DNA from: Octopus vulgaris
Taxonomy: Eukaryota
Assembly: GCA_951406725.2 (NCBI GenBank)
Contig: OX597816.1
Span: 123,814,001 to 123,878,000 of the forward strand
Direction: 5' to 3'
DNA: 64,000 nt
Part shown: piece after piece, positions 52,801-64,000 of the stretch
Position numbering within the stretch: the stretch's first letter is position 1
Layout: each line of letters opens with the position of its first letter
Made by a program: the position numbers and the translations under genes
Notes under the pieces: generated by a model
Seen by the model: only the letters and a program-made list of their open reading frames with translations
What the model was told of the DNA's origin: nothing
The model's database searches: none

Positions 52801-53428
52801 TTTCATCTGGGTCCGTTGTTACTCCCCCATAGATGTTCGCTTCATTGTCTTTATTGAACTCTTCTGGTAGTAGCACATCTTCCATAATAATTCCATTTAT
52901 TGTATCTGGATACTTCTGCTTTTCTTCCTTTGCGAGCTCATATTGACGTTTCTGTTTCAACCACGATAACTTCCTCTTAAAATGGATATTGCATTGGTGT
53001 ATTACATGTCTGTTTTCTTCATATATTATATCCATTATTAAGGTTTTCTCCTTTCGTGTCGTGATACTTTTAATTTCTTTTAAAAATATACGTTTACGCT
53101 TCTCTTGTTCGCTCAGCTCTCTGTATATTCTATTTCTAATATTTACCATTAGCGTCCTTTTTAGTCTTTCCGCTTGTCCGTTAGTGAGGTCAAGCCGTTT
53201 AACGTTGGCTGTGACCTTGTTGATACATATCCTGGACGAGACACATTGTTTTATAAAACGAAGCTGTTGCGTTGTCACAGTTTTCTTTAGGCAACAAAAT
53301 ATAGTGTTCTTCAGCATCTTGCAAGCCTGGCTGTGGCTCACGTTAGTACGTTTAAATATTTGTTGTGCAAGATTTTTTATGTGAAGTCGTGTGTTGAAAC
53401 AGATATTGTTATATTTCGGAATGGTCAT
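49500..53428 (-). CDS. PLE polyprotein: N-terminal domain, Asn-rich linker, reverse transcriptase, Cys-rich linker and GIY-YIG endonuclease (single 1-nt frameshift near 50086-50090; ~1309 aa if repaired)
   Basis: [52 protein letters not shown]; C-x4-C-x2-C-x7-C linker; VVY..C..C..YVGETAR...R.NEH...QH...H, RQITEA, LNRKLEW. The plus-strand copy reads through the frameshift. Confidence 0.92.
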
Positions 53429-54475
53429 ATTGCCAGTTTAGCCAATAAAAACACACGCACTATATATTTGGTGTTATTTTGCTTCAGTGATATTTATTTT
53501 TTACATTAATCTTAATCTTATTTCGGCCAAAGTTCTTTCGTCACACTCCTGTGACCGCATCAGTGGTCCTTTGTTTTCTTCTCACTTACTTGTGTCTCTC
53601 CTTACTAACCGTCAGCCATTTTGTATTTCTATTGTATGTCTTCATTTGCGCATGCTTATATCTCTATGTGCGTCTATGTTTATTTAGTGTGTGTGTGTGG
53701 GGGATGCCTGTAATATTTGTATCTTCTGGTTATATACATTCTTGTAATTTGTATTTTGTTTTTGTTGTTGTTGCTTTTGTTCTAATTTTATTCATGTGTT
53801 TACATCCACCCATTATTATCATTACATATGCTTGTATGTATGTATAACAACAATATTAGTAATAATAATAATAAATCTAATCGAGAAAAAAAAAAAAAAA
53901 AAGAATATACATATACATATATATATATATACATACATATACATATACATATATATATATATATATATACATATATACACACATATATACACATATACAT
54001 ATATATACACATATACATATATATAGATATTCATTTCTATTTCTTTAATTACCTGTGTATTTATTATGTTTGCAGGATCCACTATTGTCATATGTTGTGG
54101 TGTGCGCTATTGCTCCATTCTAGTTTTCTATTCAGGCTAGGTTTATTTTCTATTATATGTGTAGCTTCTGTAATTTGTCTAATTGTTGCATCTGTTCTAT
54201 GTGTGGACAATATCTTAATCTCTATGTTATTGATTGATCCCCCGTGTTCTTGTTCGGCGTGTTGGTACAGAATCGATGAGCTTTTACCTTCCTTGAGTTG
54301 TCTCCAATGTTCATTCACCCGCTCACCAATGCTTCTTGCAGTTTCCCCTACGTATGTTACTGTCTTGTTACTGCATCGTCCCTCTATACATCTTATACTA
54401 TAGACCACATTTCTGGCTTTACAGTTCGTTTGTGGGCTAAATCTACATACAGTGCAATAGTTATCCGTACAGAGA
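53356..54475 (-). repeat. 5' pseudo-LTR (5'-truncated tandem copy of the element 3' end)
   Basis: Direct repeat of 48768-49887; overlaps the ORF start codon at 53428. Confidence 0.9.
53525..53569 (-). ncRNA. Hammerhead-like motif in 5' pLTR
   Basis: Identical to 48937-48981; ~100 nt upstream of the ORF ATG. Confidence 0.5.
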
Positions 54476-56375
54476 TATCCCGGCACTGTATGGACTTCGC
54501 AAGGACCATAAAGGTTTTACTGACCCTATAGCAGGACCACCAACAAGACCAGTCTGTGGAGCGAATATCGCTAGCAATTACAGAATCTCCTACTTCCTCT
54601 CAATGATCATACGCCCTATAATCAGGATGTCACCTGATGTATGTGACAGCACAGAAGATCTCCTAAGCAGGATCAGTGACTGTAACAAAACTTGTGACTT
54701 GACAGGATGTATAGTAGGTAGCATGGATGTGGTATCCCTATACCCATCGATTGACGTAGATTTTGCAGTGGAGAAGTGCGTGGAGATGATCAACGAGAGC
54801 CAGGTGGAGTTCTGTAATGTCGACACAGAAGAACTGGGCCTCCTACTTAGACTGACATATAATAGTGAATACTTAGATAAACATAATCTTAGTAGTTTCT
54901 GCCCCAGTAGATGTTTAAGAGGTAGACCGCCTACAATTACTTCTATGGCTAGGAAGACACATATAGAAAGATGGCGCGGATGGACCAGAGCCATACGGAG
55001 CCCCGCAAATGTCCATCAGGTAAAGAAAATGATCGCACATGCACTAGGAGCTAGTATAAGAGTTACCCTAAAAGGCCACACATTTAAATTTAATAATAAA
55101 ATATATGCCCAGGACGAGGGGGCAGCCATCGGTGTTAGTATCGCTGGTGATGTGGCCAACCTCTTCATGGTATGGTGGGACAGAAGGCTTAAAGAATGCC
55201 TACTGCAGAAATCCATACTCGTAAACATGTACTCTCGCTATGTTGATGATATCAATATAGTAGTAAAGGCACCCCCACAAGAAAGTACTGTTGATATAGT
55301 AATAGAAACTAATACTATGGAGAGCATCCAGCAAATAGCTAACTCCATCCACCAGAGTATTAAGGTCACAATAGACTACCCCACTAAACACCCCAACCAT
55401 AGACTACCAGTACTAGACACTGAACTCTGGCTAGAAATTGTGAAAAATAAAACCCAAATCCTTCATTCATACTATGCAAAACCTATGGCCTCAAAATACC
55501 TGATCCACCGGAACTCAGCCATTGCGGGCAATGCCAAATTCAATATTTTGATGGCAGACCTCGTCAGAATAATGAGAAATGTGTCACGCATGTGCGAGCC
55601 TACAGAATTAAAGAGACACATACAGTATTTCATTCACCGCATGCAGTTCTCAGGTTACAGCCATAAAGAAAGGATCAGAGTATACAAAGGAGCCATGAAG
55701 AAATTTGATAATATATTATGTAATGATAGGAATGGGATTTGCCCACTCTACAGGAACAAGTCATGGAACACTATAGAAAGGACAAAAAAGAAAATAAGGA
55801 AGGCCAACTCTTGGTATGATAGCCATAAATACCAGAGTGTCATGTTCGTTGACACCACCCCTGGAGGTGAACTAGCGTACCGCTTTAGAAGGACCCTAGA
55901 TAAACTTAAACTAAGAATTAAGGTTGTTGAAAAGCCAGGCAACCCTATCAGATCTATAATTGGTAGAATCTATCCTTTTAGTAGAACTCTCTGTACGGAT
56001 AACTATTGCACTGTATGTAGATTTAGCCCACAAACGAACTGTAAAGCCAGAAATGTGGTCTATAGTATAAGATGTATAGAGGGACGATGCAGTAACAAGA
56101 CAGTAACATACGTAGGGGAAACTGCAAGAAGCATTGGTGAGCGGGTGAATGAACATTGGAGACAACTCAAGAAAGGTAAAAGCTCATCGATTCTGTACCA
56201 ACACGCCGAACAAGAACACGGGGGATCAATCAATAACATAGAGATTAAGATATTGTCCACACATAGAACAGATGCAACAATTAGACAAATTACAGAAGCT
56301 ACACATATAATAGAAAATAAACCTAGCCTGAATAGAAAACTAGAATGGAGCAATAGCGCACACCACAACATATGA
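54474..56375 (+). CDS. 5'-truncated inverted copy of PLE ORF (RT core plus GIY-YIG), frame intact
   Basis: Open from 54474 ([13 protein letters not shown]...) through the 590-aa ORF 54603-56375; differs from the minus copy by one extra A (no frameshift) and an E>K change in LK(E/K)GKSS. Confidence 0.88.
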   Translation, partial: DIPALYGLRKDHKGFTDPIAGPPTRPVCGANIASNYRISYFLSMIIRPIIRMSPDVCDSTEDLLSRISDCNKTCDLTGCIVGSMDVVSLYPSIDVDFAVEKCVEMINESQVEFCNVDTEELGLLLRLTYNSEYLDKHNLSSFCPSRCLRGRPPTITSMARKTHIERWRGWTRAIRSPANVHQVKKMIAHALGASIRVTLKGHTFKFNNKIYAQDEGAAIGVSIAGDVANLFMVWWDRRLKECLLQKSILVNMYSRYVDDINIVVKAPPQESTVDIVIETNTMESIQQIANSIHQSIKVTIDYPTKHPNHRLPVLDTELWLEIVKNKTQILHSYYAKPMASKYLIHRNSAIAGNAKFNILMADLVRIMRNVSRMCEPTELKRHIQYFIHRMQFSGYSHKERIRVYKGAMKKFDNILCNDRNGICPLYRNKSWNTIERTKKKIRKANSWYDSHKYQSVMFVDTTPGGELAYRFRRTLDKLKLRIKVVEKPGNPIRSIIGRIYPFSRTLCTDNYCTVCRFSPQTNCKARNVVYSIRCIEGRCSNKTVTYVGETARSIGERVNEHWRQLKKGKSSSILYQHAEQEHGGSINNIEIKILSTHRTDATIRQITEATHIIENKPSLNRKLEWSNSAHHNI

Positions 56376-56898
56376 CAATAGTGGATCCTGCAAACATAAT
56401 AAATACACAGGTAATTAAAGAAATAGAAATGAATATCTATATATATGTATATGTGTATATATATGTATATGTATATGTGTATATATGTGTGTATATATGT
56501 ATATATATATATATATATATATGTATATGTATATGTATGTATATATATATATATGTATATTCTTTTTTTTTTTTTTTTTTTTTTCTCGATTAGATTTATT
56601 ATTATTATTACTAATATTGTTGTTATACATACATACAAGCATATGTAATGATAATAATGGGTGGATGTAAACACATGAATAAAATTAGAACAAAAGCAAC
56701 AACAACAAAAACAAAATACAAATTACAAGAATGTATATAACCAGAAGATACAAATATTACAGGCATCCCCCCCCCACACACTAAATAAACATAGACGCAC
56801 ATAGAGATATAAGCATGCGCAAATGAAGACATACAATAGAAATACAAAATGGCTGACGGTTAGTAAGGAGAGACACAAGTAAGTGAGAAGAAAACAAA

Positions 56899-56943
56899 GG
56901 ACCACTGATGCGGTCACAGGAGTGTGACGAAAGAACTTTGGCC
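56899..56943 (+). ncRNA. Hammerhead-like motif in inverted copy's pLTR
   Basis: GGACCACTGATGCGGTCACAGGAGTGTGACGAAAGAACTTTGGCC. Confidence 0.5.
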
Positions 56944-57079
56944 GAAATAAGATTAAGATTAATGTAAAAAATAAATATCACTGAAGCAAAATAACACCAA
57001 ATATATAGTGCGTGTGTTTTTATTGGCTAAACTGGCAATATGACCATTCCGAAATATAACAATATATATATATACTTGC

Positions 57080-57113
<34 letters not shown>

Positions 57114-58834
57114 ACAAACATATATGCACACACACACGCACACACGCACATGTACATATAGGTACTCTTATGAGAATGTAAGTTTGTTTGGCCCATTGGT
57201 TGGTTTTGAACCGGTGGATTCACTGTGTGTATGTGTAGTCACCAACTGTTCTCAAAGAAAATAAGAAAAGGTTGCCTGCTCTCTGCTTTGCTTGACTCAG
57301 AGAAGTTACTGCTTTGGGTGAGAAGTTTCTTGCATTTGGGGGAGAGACAATGACGTGGTGTACCCTTGCCAGATTATTTTGTAAGTATAAAAAACAGTGG
57401 CTGAGAGGTGAGAATAAACCTCAGCTTGACTTTGGATTATAAATTTCTGCCTGACTTAGGATTATACAACTTCAGCCTGATTTTGGATTGGGGACAGTTT
57501 CCTTGTCTACAGTAACTGTAGCAATACACACATACATACATGTGTACCTTCTAATTCTTCATATTTCTTTGAATGTTCCATATATTGTATAACAACTCTC
57601 ACCCTATCTCTTTGTATTTATAACATGTTTTAATTTTTGTGTTTCACATTCCATGTTATCTTTCCTTTCTTTGCAACTCCTGGTGAAAGTTTGGTGCATT
57701 TTGCATCTCTTTGAGTCCTTGTGGCTAATAAAATATTATCGTTGTTGATATTGATGTTTGTATTGTTACTAATATTAGTATTAGTATTAGTAGTCTACAT
57801 ATGCTGTCAAAAATGATAGCCAATTCAGTTTGAATTTTTCATTTTTTCTTTATAGATCCAATTACAATTTCAAATTCTTTATATGAATATTGCATAAAGC
57901 TATAAATTCTAAATTTTCTCTGATTTCCCTCTAGGTTTAGACTGTTAAATCTGCTCTTACTTTCAGTCAGTTTTTGGAATTATCCAATATATTTTAGCAG
58001 AAAAATGATTACATGCAAGATTTTTTTTAAATATTTAATTTTTCCTATAATTAAATACATACATTACGAATTATTTATATAAGATCACTTAAAAGAAAGT
58101 TGCTTGAATTATTTCTCATTGATACAATACTATCCCGTTCCCCGCTGGCAGATGAACAATGATCAAAACTTTCAGATTTATCAGGAATATTATATAAATA
58201 GATTAAGCCATGAAAAATCCTCAACTTATACTCTGAATAGTTAACTATTAAACTTTGCTTTTAATCATTTACTTAGTGGAGGACGATATGCAGTGCTCAT
58301 AGCTTTGCATGTCCTCTTAAAAGAGTGAGATCAACACAATTACTATTTAGTTTATAAATGCATATAAATTGAAAATTCTCTTAGAAACATGCATGAGAAG
58401 TGGATCCCGAAATTCACAGGGGAGGAATGAGTGGAGAAATTGTTTACAGCATGGTTTTAAGAATCAGAGATAATAAGTCGGAAAAAAAGAAGGGCAGGTG
58501 TTTGGTATTTACAGAGGAACAATGTAACTTGTGAAATCAAAGAAGTAAAATCTGTTGTAGCTGTGGTGAATAATGAAATAGTTCATTTCTAGGTTAGGAG
58601 CTCTTGCATTTTGGTGGGCGAATCTTTGCCAATCCCATCTCAGATATTCATATATTGAGTAGTAGAACTGCCATCCATAGATGTTAAAACAATATTCCAA
58701 TGTTATTCATCCTTGAATTTAGTTAACACCAGCAACTAATGAGATATAGAATCTGGAATATTTCCAGGTCCTAAAGAATCACTTTTGGCCACACACATAA
58801 ATATGTATAGATACATGCATATATGTGTGTGAGA

Positions 58835-58879
<45 letters not shown>

Positions 58880-58919
58880 GTGCATGTGTGTGTTTTTGTA
58901 TATATATATGTATGTATTA

Positions 58920-59390
58920 GATATTAGTAATAGCAGTATTAGTACTAAATAGCCATCTTTATATCCTACTTAACATGGATGTATTATAGGAATACTATAA
59001 TGCTATGATATTTGTCTTGAAAAAGCATCTGGTATAGACACTTAGGGCTTAAATACTGAAAATCAGTGGCAAACGAATATTGTCCAGCACCAGTTGGAGA
59101 ACTGCAAGATCACATAACTTCAGCTTGTTTGCACTTCATCAGCAACAAAAATTCACTATCACTATTGTTGACCAAACTTCACTTCTACTGACATATAAAA
59201 ATTTTTAAAAAAAGTGATTAATCAGGCCCTGATGTCACAAAGGGCTGGCTAGCTAGATAAATATTTTGATATTAGCAACAGAAGCTGTATTAATATCAAA
59301 TAACAATCTTTATATCCTACTTAATATGGATGTATGATAACGATGCATAATATCACAATATTTATCTTGAAAGAACATCTCATAGATGTT
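58920..59390. repeat. Diverged ~125-bp direct repeat, period ~350 bp
   Basis: GATATTAG...ATCTTTATATCCTACTTAA(C/T)ATGGATGTAT...ATATTT(G/A)TCTTGAAA at ~58920 and ~59268, next to (TA)n. Confidence 0.6.
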
Positions 59391-62300
59391 TAGTGCAATA
59401 AAAATTTTTCTATGATAATGAAGTTTACATTCAGCATCCTGAGTTAGATTGCTTTCAAGAATCTGTCATGAAAATTAGTTGTAAAGTTTGGTTATTTTTG
59501 CCTGAAATGTAAGCAGTGAGGTGCAAACTCATTCTAGCCATTACATTTTATTATGGCAATTAACCATCTAATATGGTAGTGTAGATTGTTGTTGTTCTCT
59601 TCAAGAATGTTTTCTGTCAAGGTTGCTTCTGTTTCGTAATTTCATTTGCACATATACTGCAGATTTCTGCTTGGTGTTCTTTAAGAATAATTGCAGCTGT
59701 GTATAAGAAAGTATTGTTCAGTAATTAACAATGCATGATCCCATGTGTTCTCAAGCAAGATCATCGATTACTTTCGACACAAGAGCCTTAAATTTTTTCT
59801 TTAATTTTGTTAAGAATGACCTGTCACTGAATGAAAACTTAGTAAAACTGGAAAGGTTTTTTCAAATTGTTTTTTCAAAATGTTCTTAACTTGAATCTAT
59901 TCCACAATCATCTCTGTCGAATCAGTCACATGCGGGGAAATATGAGAGTTTAATGATGGTAGCAGCAGTTTGTTTACATTATCTTTGATCTCTCTTATGG
60001 CTGATTTTGGCTGGTTCTTAGTATTTGAAAAGATCAATTGGCATCATGAGAGTTGGAATAACAAGTTCTATCTGTGATAGCCATTTATTTTTTTTTATAT
60101 GCAACAAAAGATGCTTGTTGCCAAAGATGTTTTGCTATAAAATAGTTTAAGTCAGGATAAAAATTTGATCCAGTATTCTTTTAACTGCTTCATATAGCCA
60201 ATAGAAGGGATATTTCTGGCTTTCTCATAGAGCTGAAGTAGAACTCAGAACTCAGTTTAATTGTGAAAACCAGGTGTGAATAATGCATATATCTTCTTAA
60301 ATAACCTGTGTTTGCATTGGCATTGGTGTCATTACTATCAATTTCATCCATGATCAATAAAGCAAAACTTCATGTAGTATTAGATATATTTTGTAACCCA
60401 AGCTGACTATTGCTCCATCGCTAAGTAAAAAGTCTTTCTCTTATTTATGACAGGAAAAATAAACTAGTTACTGATTTAGGTTGGAGGAGTTAGTATAATT
60501 GTAGAATAGTTCAAAACATCATTTTAAAAATGGTCCTATTTATCTGCACATCTGATGCTTATGACTGCATGTTGTGTGTATATATGTGTGTGAGACAGAG
60601 ATGTCTTTTACCAATATTATTATATATTTGTGAAACTAGTATTCCTCTCAAGTTTGAGATTGTGTTTCATTCCTGGGTAGAGTAATTGTAGTACAAAATA
60701 CTCTTTTCTTGATATAGGAGACGGTTTTTGCCTAGGTATTACTCACAAAAACTAGTTTGTGATGTTTCCATTGGAGGATCTTTTTAAGCATCTTTTAATG
60801 AATTATTACATATTTAACTTAATGTATTTAGTGGAATGTGAATAATGACTACATATTGGCAAAATAAAATTTCGGTAAGGAGTAACAACCAATACACATT
60901 AGGAAGGGTAGTGTTTTGATATGGTTTCTGTAACAATACAATTAATCTGGATTACCTGAAAACATTCAGCTGGGAAAAAACATCAGTTAAAATCTGTTGG
61001 TTTACCAAAGATCAGGATGTACCACATTATATTGTATAAACATCTAAATAAGTGATCAGTTGTTAGAGTTGTTTGATATCATGTTGTTTGATATCATGTT
61101 TTGTTCTGGAAAGACGTCTATTTTGACTGCTTTTGTAAATATTGGCACTCAAATCTCTATTTCTTAAGTTGATAAAATCCTGGGACACAGAGCCCTTATG
61201 CAGGGACAGAGGAGTATATTGTCTACATATATAGATGTCACAATGGTCATGGGTTAAAGCTTTCCAACGATGCAAAACTAACTTAATACAAGAATATGAC
61301 AGAAATAATGAAGACAAACTAGCAGAAATGTTGGCAGGCTTGCATCTTGGCAGCTGGAGAGACAAAGTGACAGGGAAAACAGGTTGTAGCCATACTAAAC
61401 ACAGTTTTTAAGTATGGATGGGTAAATACAAAATTATCTTACCTGAACAGATCAGCTGAAAAAATCAGTGATTTTACAAAAATTGAGACAGATTCTAAGT
61501 AATCACTCGAATTATTTGAAATGATAACAACTAACCTTATTGTCTTCAATAAAAAAAGAGTGAACTACATTAAAGAGTAGATGTGGGTTAAATTAAGAGA
61601 TTGTGGAGGAAAAAATATACAAATAATTACACAGAATTAAAATTGTATGATAAACACATAAAAAGTCAAACAAGATTGAAATTATAATGAAAGTAAATCC
61701 CCTTCACATATGCAAGAAACTGCCTTTTGCATTGAACAGTATCATAGAGTATTGATTTTTTTACTTCTTGAATGGACAAGAAAAGGTCAACATCTTATTG
61801 ACTTGTAAATTAAACACACTTGGAGCACTTTATTAATACCCTAATATTTCTCTGTTTTTATCTAATTTTTTTTTCCACAAATCTCGCTCAGAAATGTGCT
61901 GAGAGAAAGCTATCTCTGAAATACTAGACAAAAGTAGCAAATGCTTCCATCACTTCTATAACATATTGTCTTATGGATGCCATACCTTATTCTAGATAAT
62001 GGCTGACCATCTTGATGTGTCTGCTCTTCTTCCTCTTGTTAAAAGGAATTGTTCCAATAATCAGAAGTTCCATTATTGTTGGGATTAATGATGCACAAGC
62101 ATGCAAGGAAGCTGTGACATCTGTAAAGATTATTTGACTGTGCTGGTGTGGTAGCCTTTATGCGGGAATGTCTTTTTGTGGCTTGCCTCTTTGACAGAGC
62201 TGCAGCAAGGTATAGTGTTGGCCAGTGTTTAGAATCATTTCAAGCATTCTTTTACTTTTAATAGTTGCTAATGTAGCCAGTGGAACTTCATTCTTTGTGG

Positions 62301-62959
62301 TTTATAGAGCATTAATGGATATGAGAGATGATGTTTGCATGGATATCCTGAACATTGATGACGATGAAGAGAGAAATCTCTTTTGAAATATTTTAGTTTG
62401 GAAATCATACACAAATTGCCAAAATTTTTGACCTAGCATTTCAATCATAGTCATTGCTGCTTCAGGATAAACTGTACAAGCAACTCAGTGATGGAATTGG
62501 CCTGTCTGGCATATGGACAAGTATGGCTATTGATTGAGTTCATTCCACCAACTTCCATTTGCAAGGAAACGTAAGTCAATTTATTGTGTCTGGTTGTTAT
62601 AGCAAAAACAAAGATTGAAAGAACAGAGAACAAGGTATTTTTCTCTCGTGCCGTGCCTTCTTCAACCCTTTTAAGTATCAACTGAAGAGAAACTCTGGGT
62701 GGAGAAGTAAGAAGTGCTCTCCAATAAGTTTCCTGCAAGATATGTGAGATGGCCAGCAGAGGCTGGGTAAAAGGTCCATTCTAAATATGTATTTGTAGAT
62801 CACATGCAGAAATTTGGGAGAAGTATTTTAGGAGTTGAAAGAAGTTCTTCGATAGCTCCTAGATGCTTGACAATAAATTTATTTCTTGTTTGTTACCATT
62901 GCACTGCACCCTAATATGCTGCGATATTCTTCACCCTACACCTCATCATTATTATCAGT

Positions 62960-63165
62960 ATTAGTGATAGTAGCTATTGCAGTGATGGTGGTAGTAGAAG
63001 TAGCAGTAGTAGCAGCAGCTGTGGTAGCAGTTGTAGTAATAGCAACAACAGTGGTGGTGATGGTGATGGTGTTGTTGTTGTTGGTGGTGGTGGTAGTCGT
63101 AGCAGCAGCAGTAGCAGCAGCAGCAGTAGCAGCAACAGTAGCAGTAGTTGTAATAGTAAGCAGTT
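62960..63165. repeat. Mixed trinucleotide low-complexity tract (GTA/GCA/GTG/GTT)
   Basis: Directly visible. Confidence 0.85.
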
Positions 63166-63293
63166 CATTTTGTTGAAAGGTATCTAACCACCAATTTTCT
63201 TATCAGCATGTAACTTGATAGATCTCATTGAGAAAGGTATGACTATCATATATTACTTTTGATATATACTTATCTATGTGTATTGAAATATTA

Positions 63294-63324
<31 letters not shown>

Positions 63325-63326
63325 GT

Positions 63327-63360
<34 letters not shown>

Positions 63361-63894
63361 TGTATATATATATAATATATATATATGAATGTATAATGTA
63401 TATATATATATATATGTGTATGTGTGTGTGTATATATAATATATATATATGTACATATATGTAAGGACAAGATGCAGCTTCGTTGAAACAGTCCTTCCTG
63501 CAAAGCAAGTTGAATAAAATTTGGGATTTTTGCAGAGGGTAAAAGTGGTAACAAGAACAGGACAGTAAGAACAAAACAAGACAGTAAAAACAAATGATGA
63601 GGGTTGTTAAACCAAGACGATATATAATAATAATAATAATAATATGAAGGAATATTACTCCAAACTTACAGGGAAAAATTCAATTTAGAAATACTAAATC
63701 AAATTTCACAAAATATAATATATATAAATGGTGGTTTTTTCTAATTCATATATATATATATATGTTGGCCTGCTCACTTAGCCAGTGGGGTAGCGTCATT
63801 TGACGGCTAAAACAATGCAAAGTGCATTGTGACCAGCGATGTGTAGCAACATCTGATAGCCTGGTCGGTCACAGTGATATATATATATATATAT

Positions 63895-64000
63895 ATTCTT
63901 TTACTTGTTTTACTCAATTGACTGTGGTCATGCTGGTGCACCACCTTTAGTCGAACAAATCAACCCCAGGACTTATTCCTTGTAAGCCTAGAACTTATTC
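63895..64000 (-). mobile_element. 3' end of tRNA-derived SINE (runs off window)
   Basis: CTTTTACTTGTTT...CATGCTGG..CACC..TTTAGTCGAACAAATC.ACCCCAGGACTTATTC matches 5183-5285. Confidence 0.7.

Larger units (their letters stand above)
48768..57065. mobile_element. Penelope-like element locus (Naiad-like): pLTR-ORF-pLTR on minus strand plus inverted 5'-truncated copy on plus strand
   Basis: 48768-49887 is repeated at 53356-54475 (offset 4588). 54474-57065 is an inverted copy starting inside RT. (TA)n on both flanks. Confidence 0.95.

Noticed and set aside
49500-53428. Selenocysteine recoding as reported for some Naiad PLEs
   Set aside because: No in-frame TGA within the RT-EN reading frame; the terminal TGA is followed two codons later by TAG; no SECIS identified by eye.
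56875-56890. ACAA|GTAAGT donor suggesting a Penelope-type pLTR intron
   Set aside because: No polypyrimidine tract or credible acceptor before the ATG; cannot be supported without transcripts.
59400-62900. Complex-looking unique sequence possibly coding or TE-derived
   Set aside because: No long ORF or recognisable motif found in manual translation; left unannotated.
62886-63176. 96-aa poly-Val/Ala membrane-protein-like ORF
   Set aside because: Product of a mixed trinucleotide repeat.

Overview
AT-rich, microsatellite-dense, repeat-dominated eukaryotic DNA. The SINE and RTE repertoire looks like a cephalopod (Octopus-type) genome; this is an inference. No host protein-coding gene can be confidently called, and most ORF-track entries are translated (TA)n/(CA)n/(TACA)n repeats. 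Two young insertions stand out. (1) At 2193-4710 is a near-identical 492-bp tandem array. Each of its four full units carries a complete type I hammerhead ribozyme on the minus strand, which makes it retrozyme-like, and the array ends in a head-to-head inverted fragment that starts 4 nt after the ribozyme cleavage site. (2) At 48768-57065 is a Penelope-like retroelement (RT plus GIY-YIG, Naiad-like) with pseudo-LTRs, a hammerhead-like motif and a head-to-head inverted 5'-truncated copy. Both insertions share one architecture: both 3' ends face outward into (TA)n with short microhomologies, and the central 5'-5' junction has a 2-3 nt microhomology. This suggests an autonomous PLE and a non-autonomous ribozyme-bearing (probably circular) RNA that use the same integration machinery. 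Older hammerhead-bearing relics (about 2.07, 17.4 and 39.6-40.0 kb) and fold-back palindromes suggest repeated past activity. The rest is decayed TEs: mariner, pogo, hAT, Gypsy integrase, HERO-like and R4-like REL LINEs, RTE LINE pieces, and tRNA-derived and RTE-tailed SINEs.
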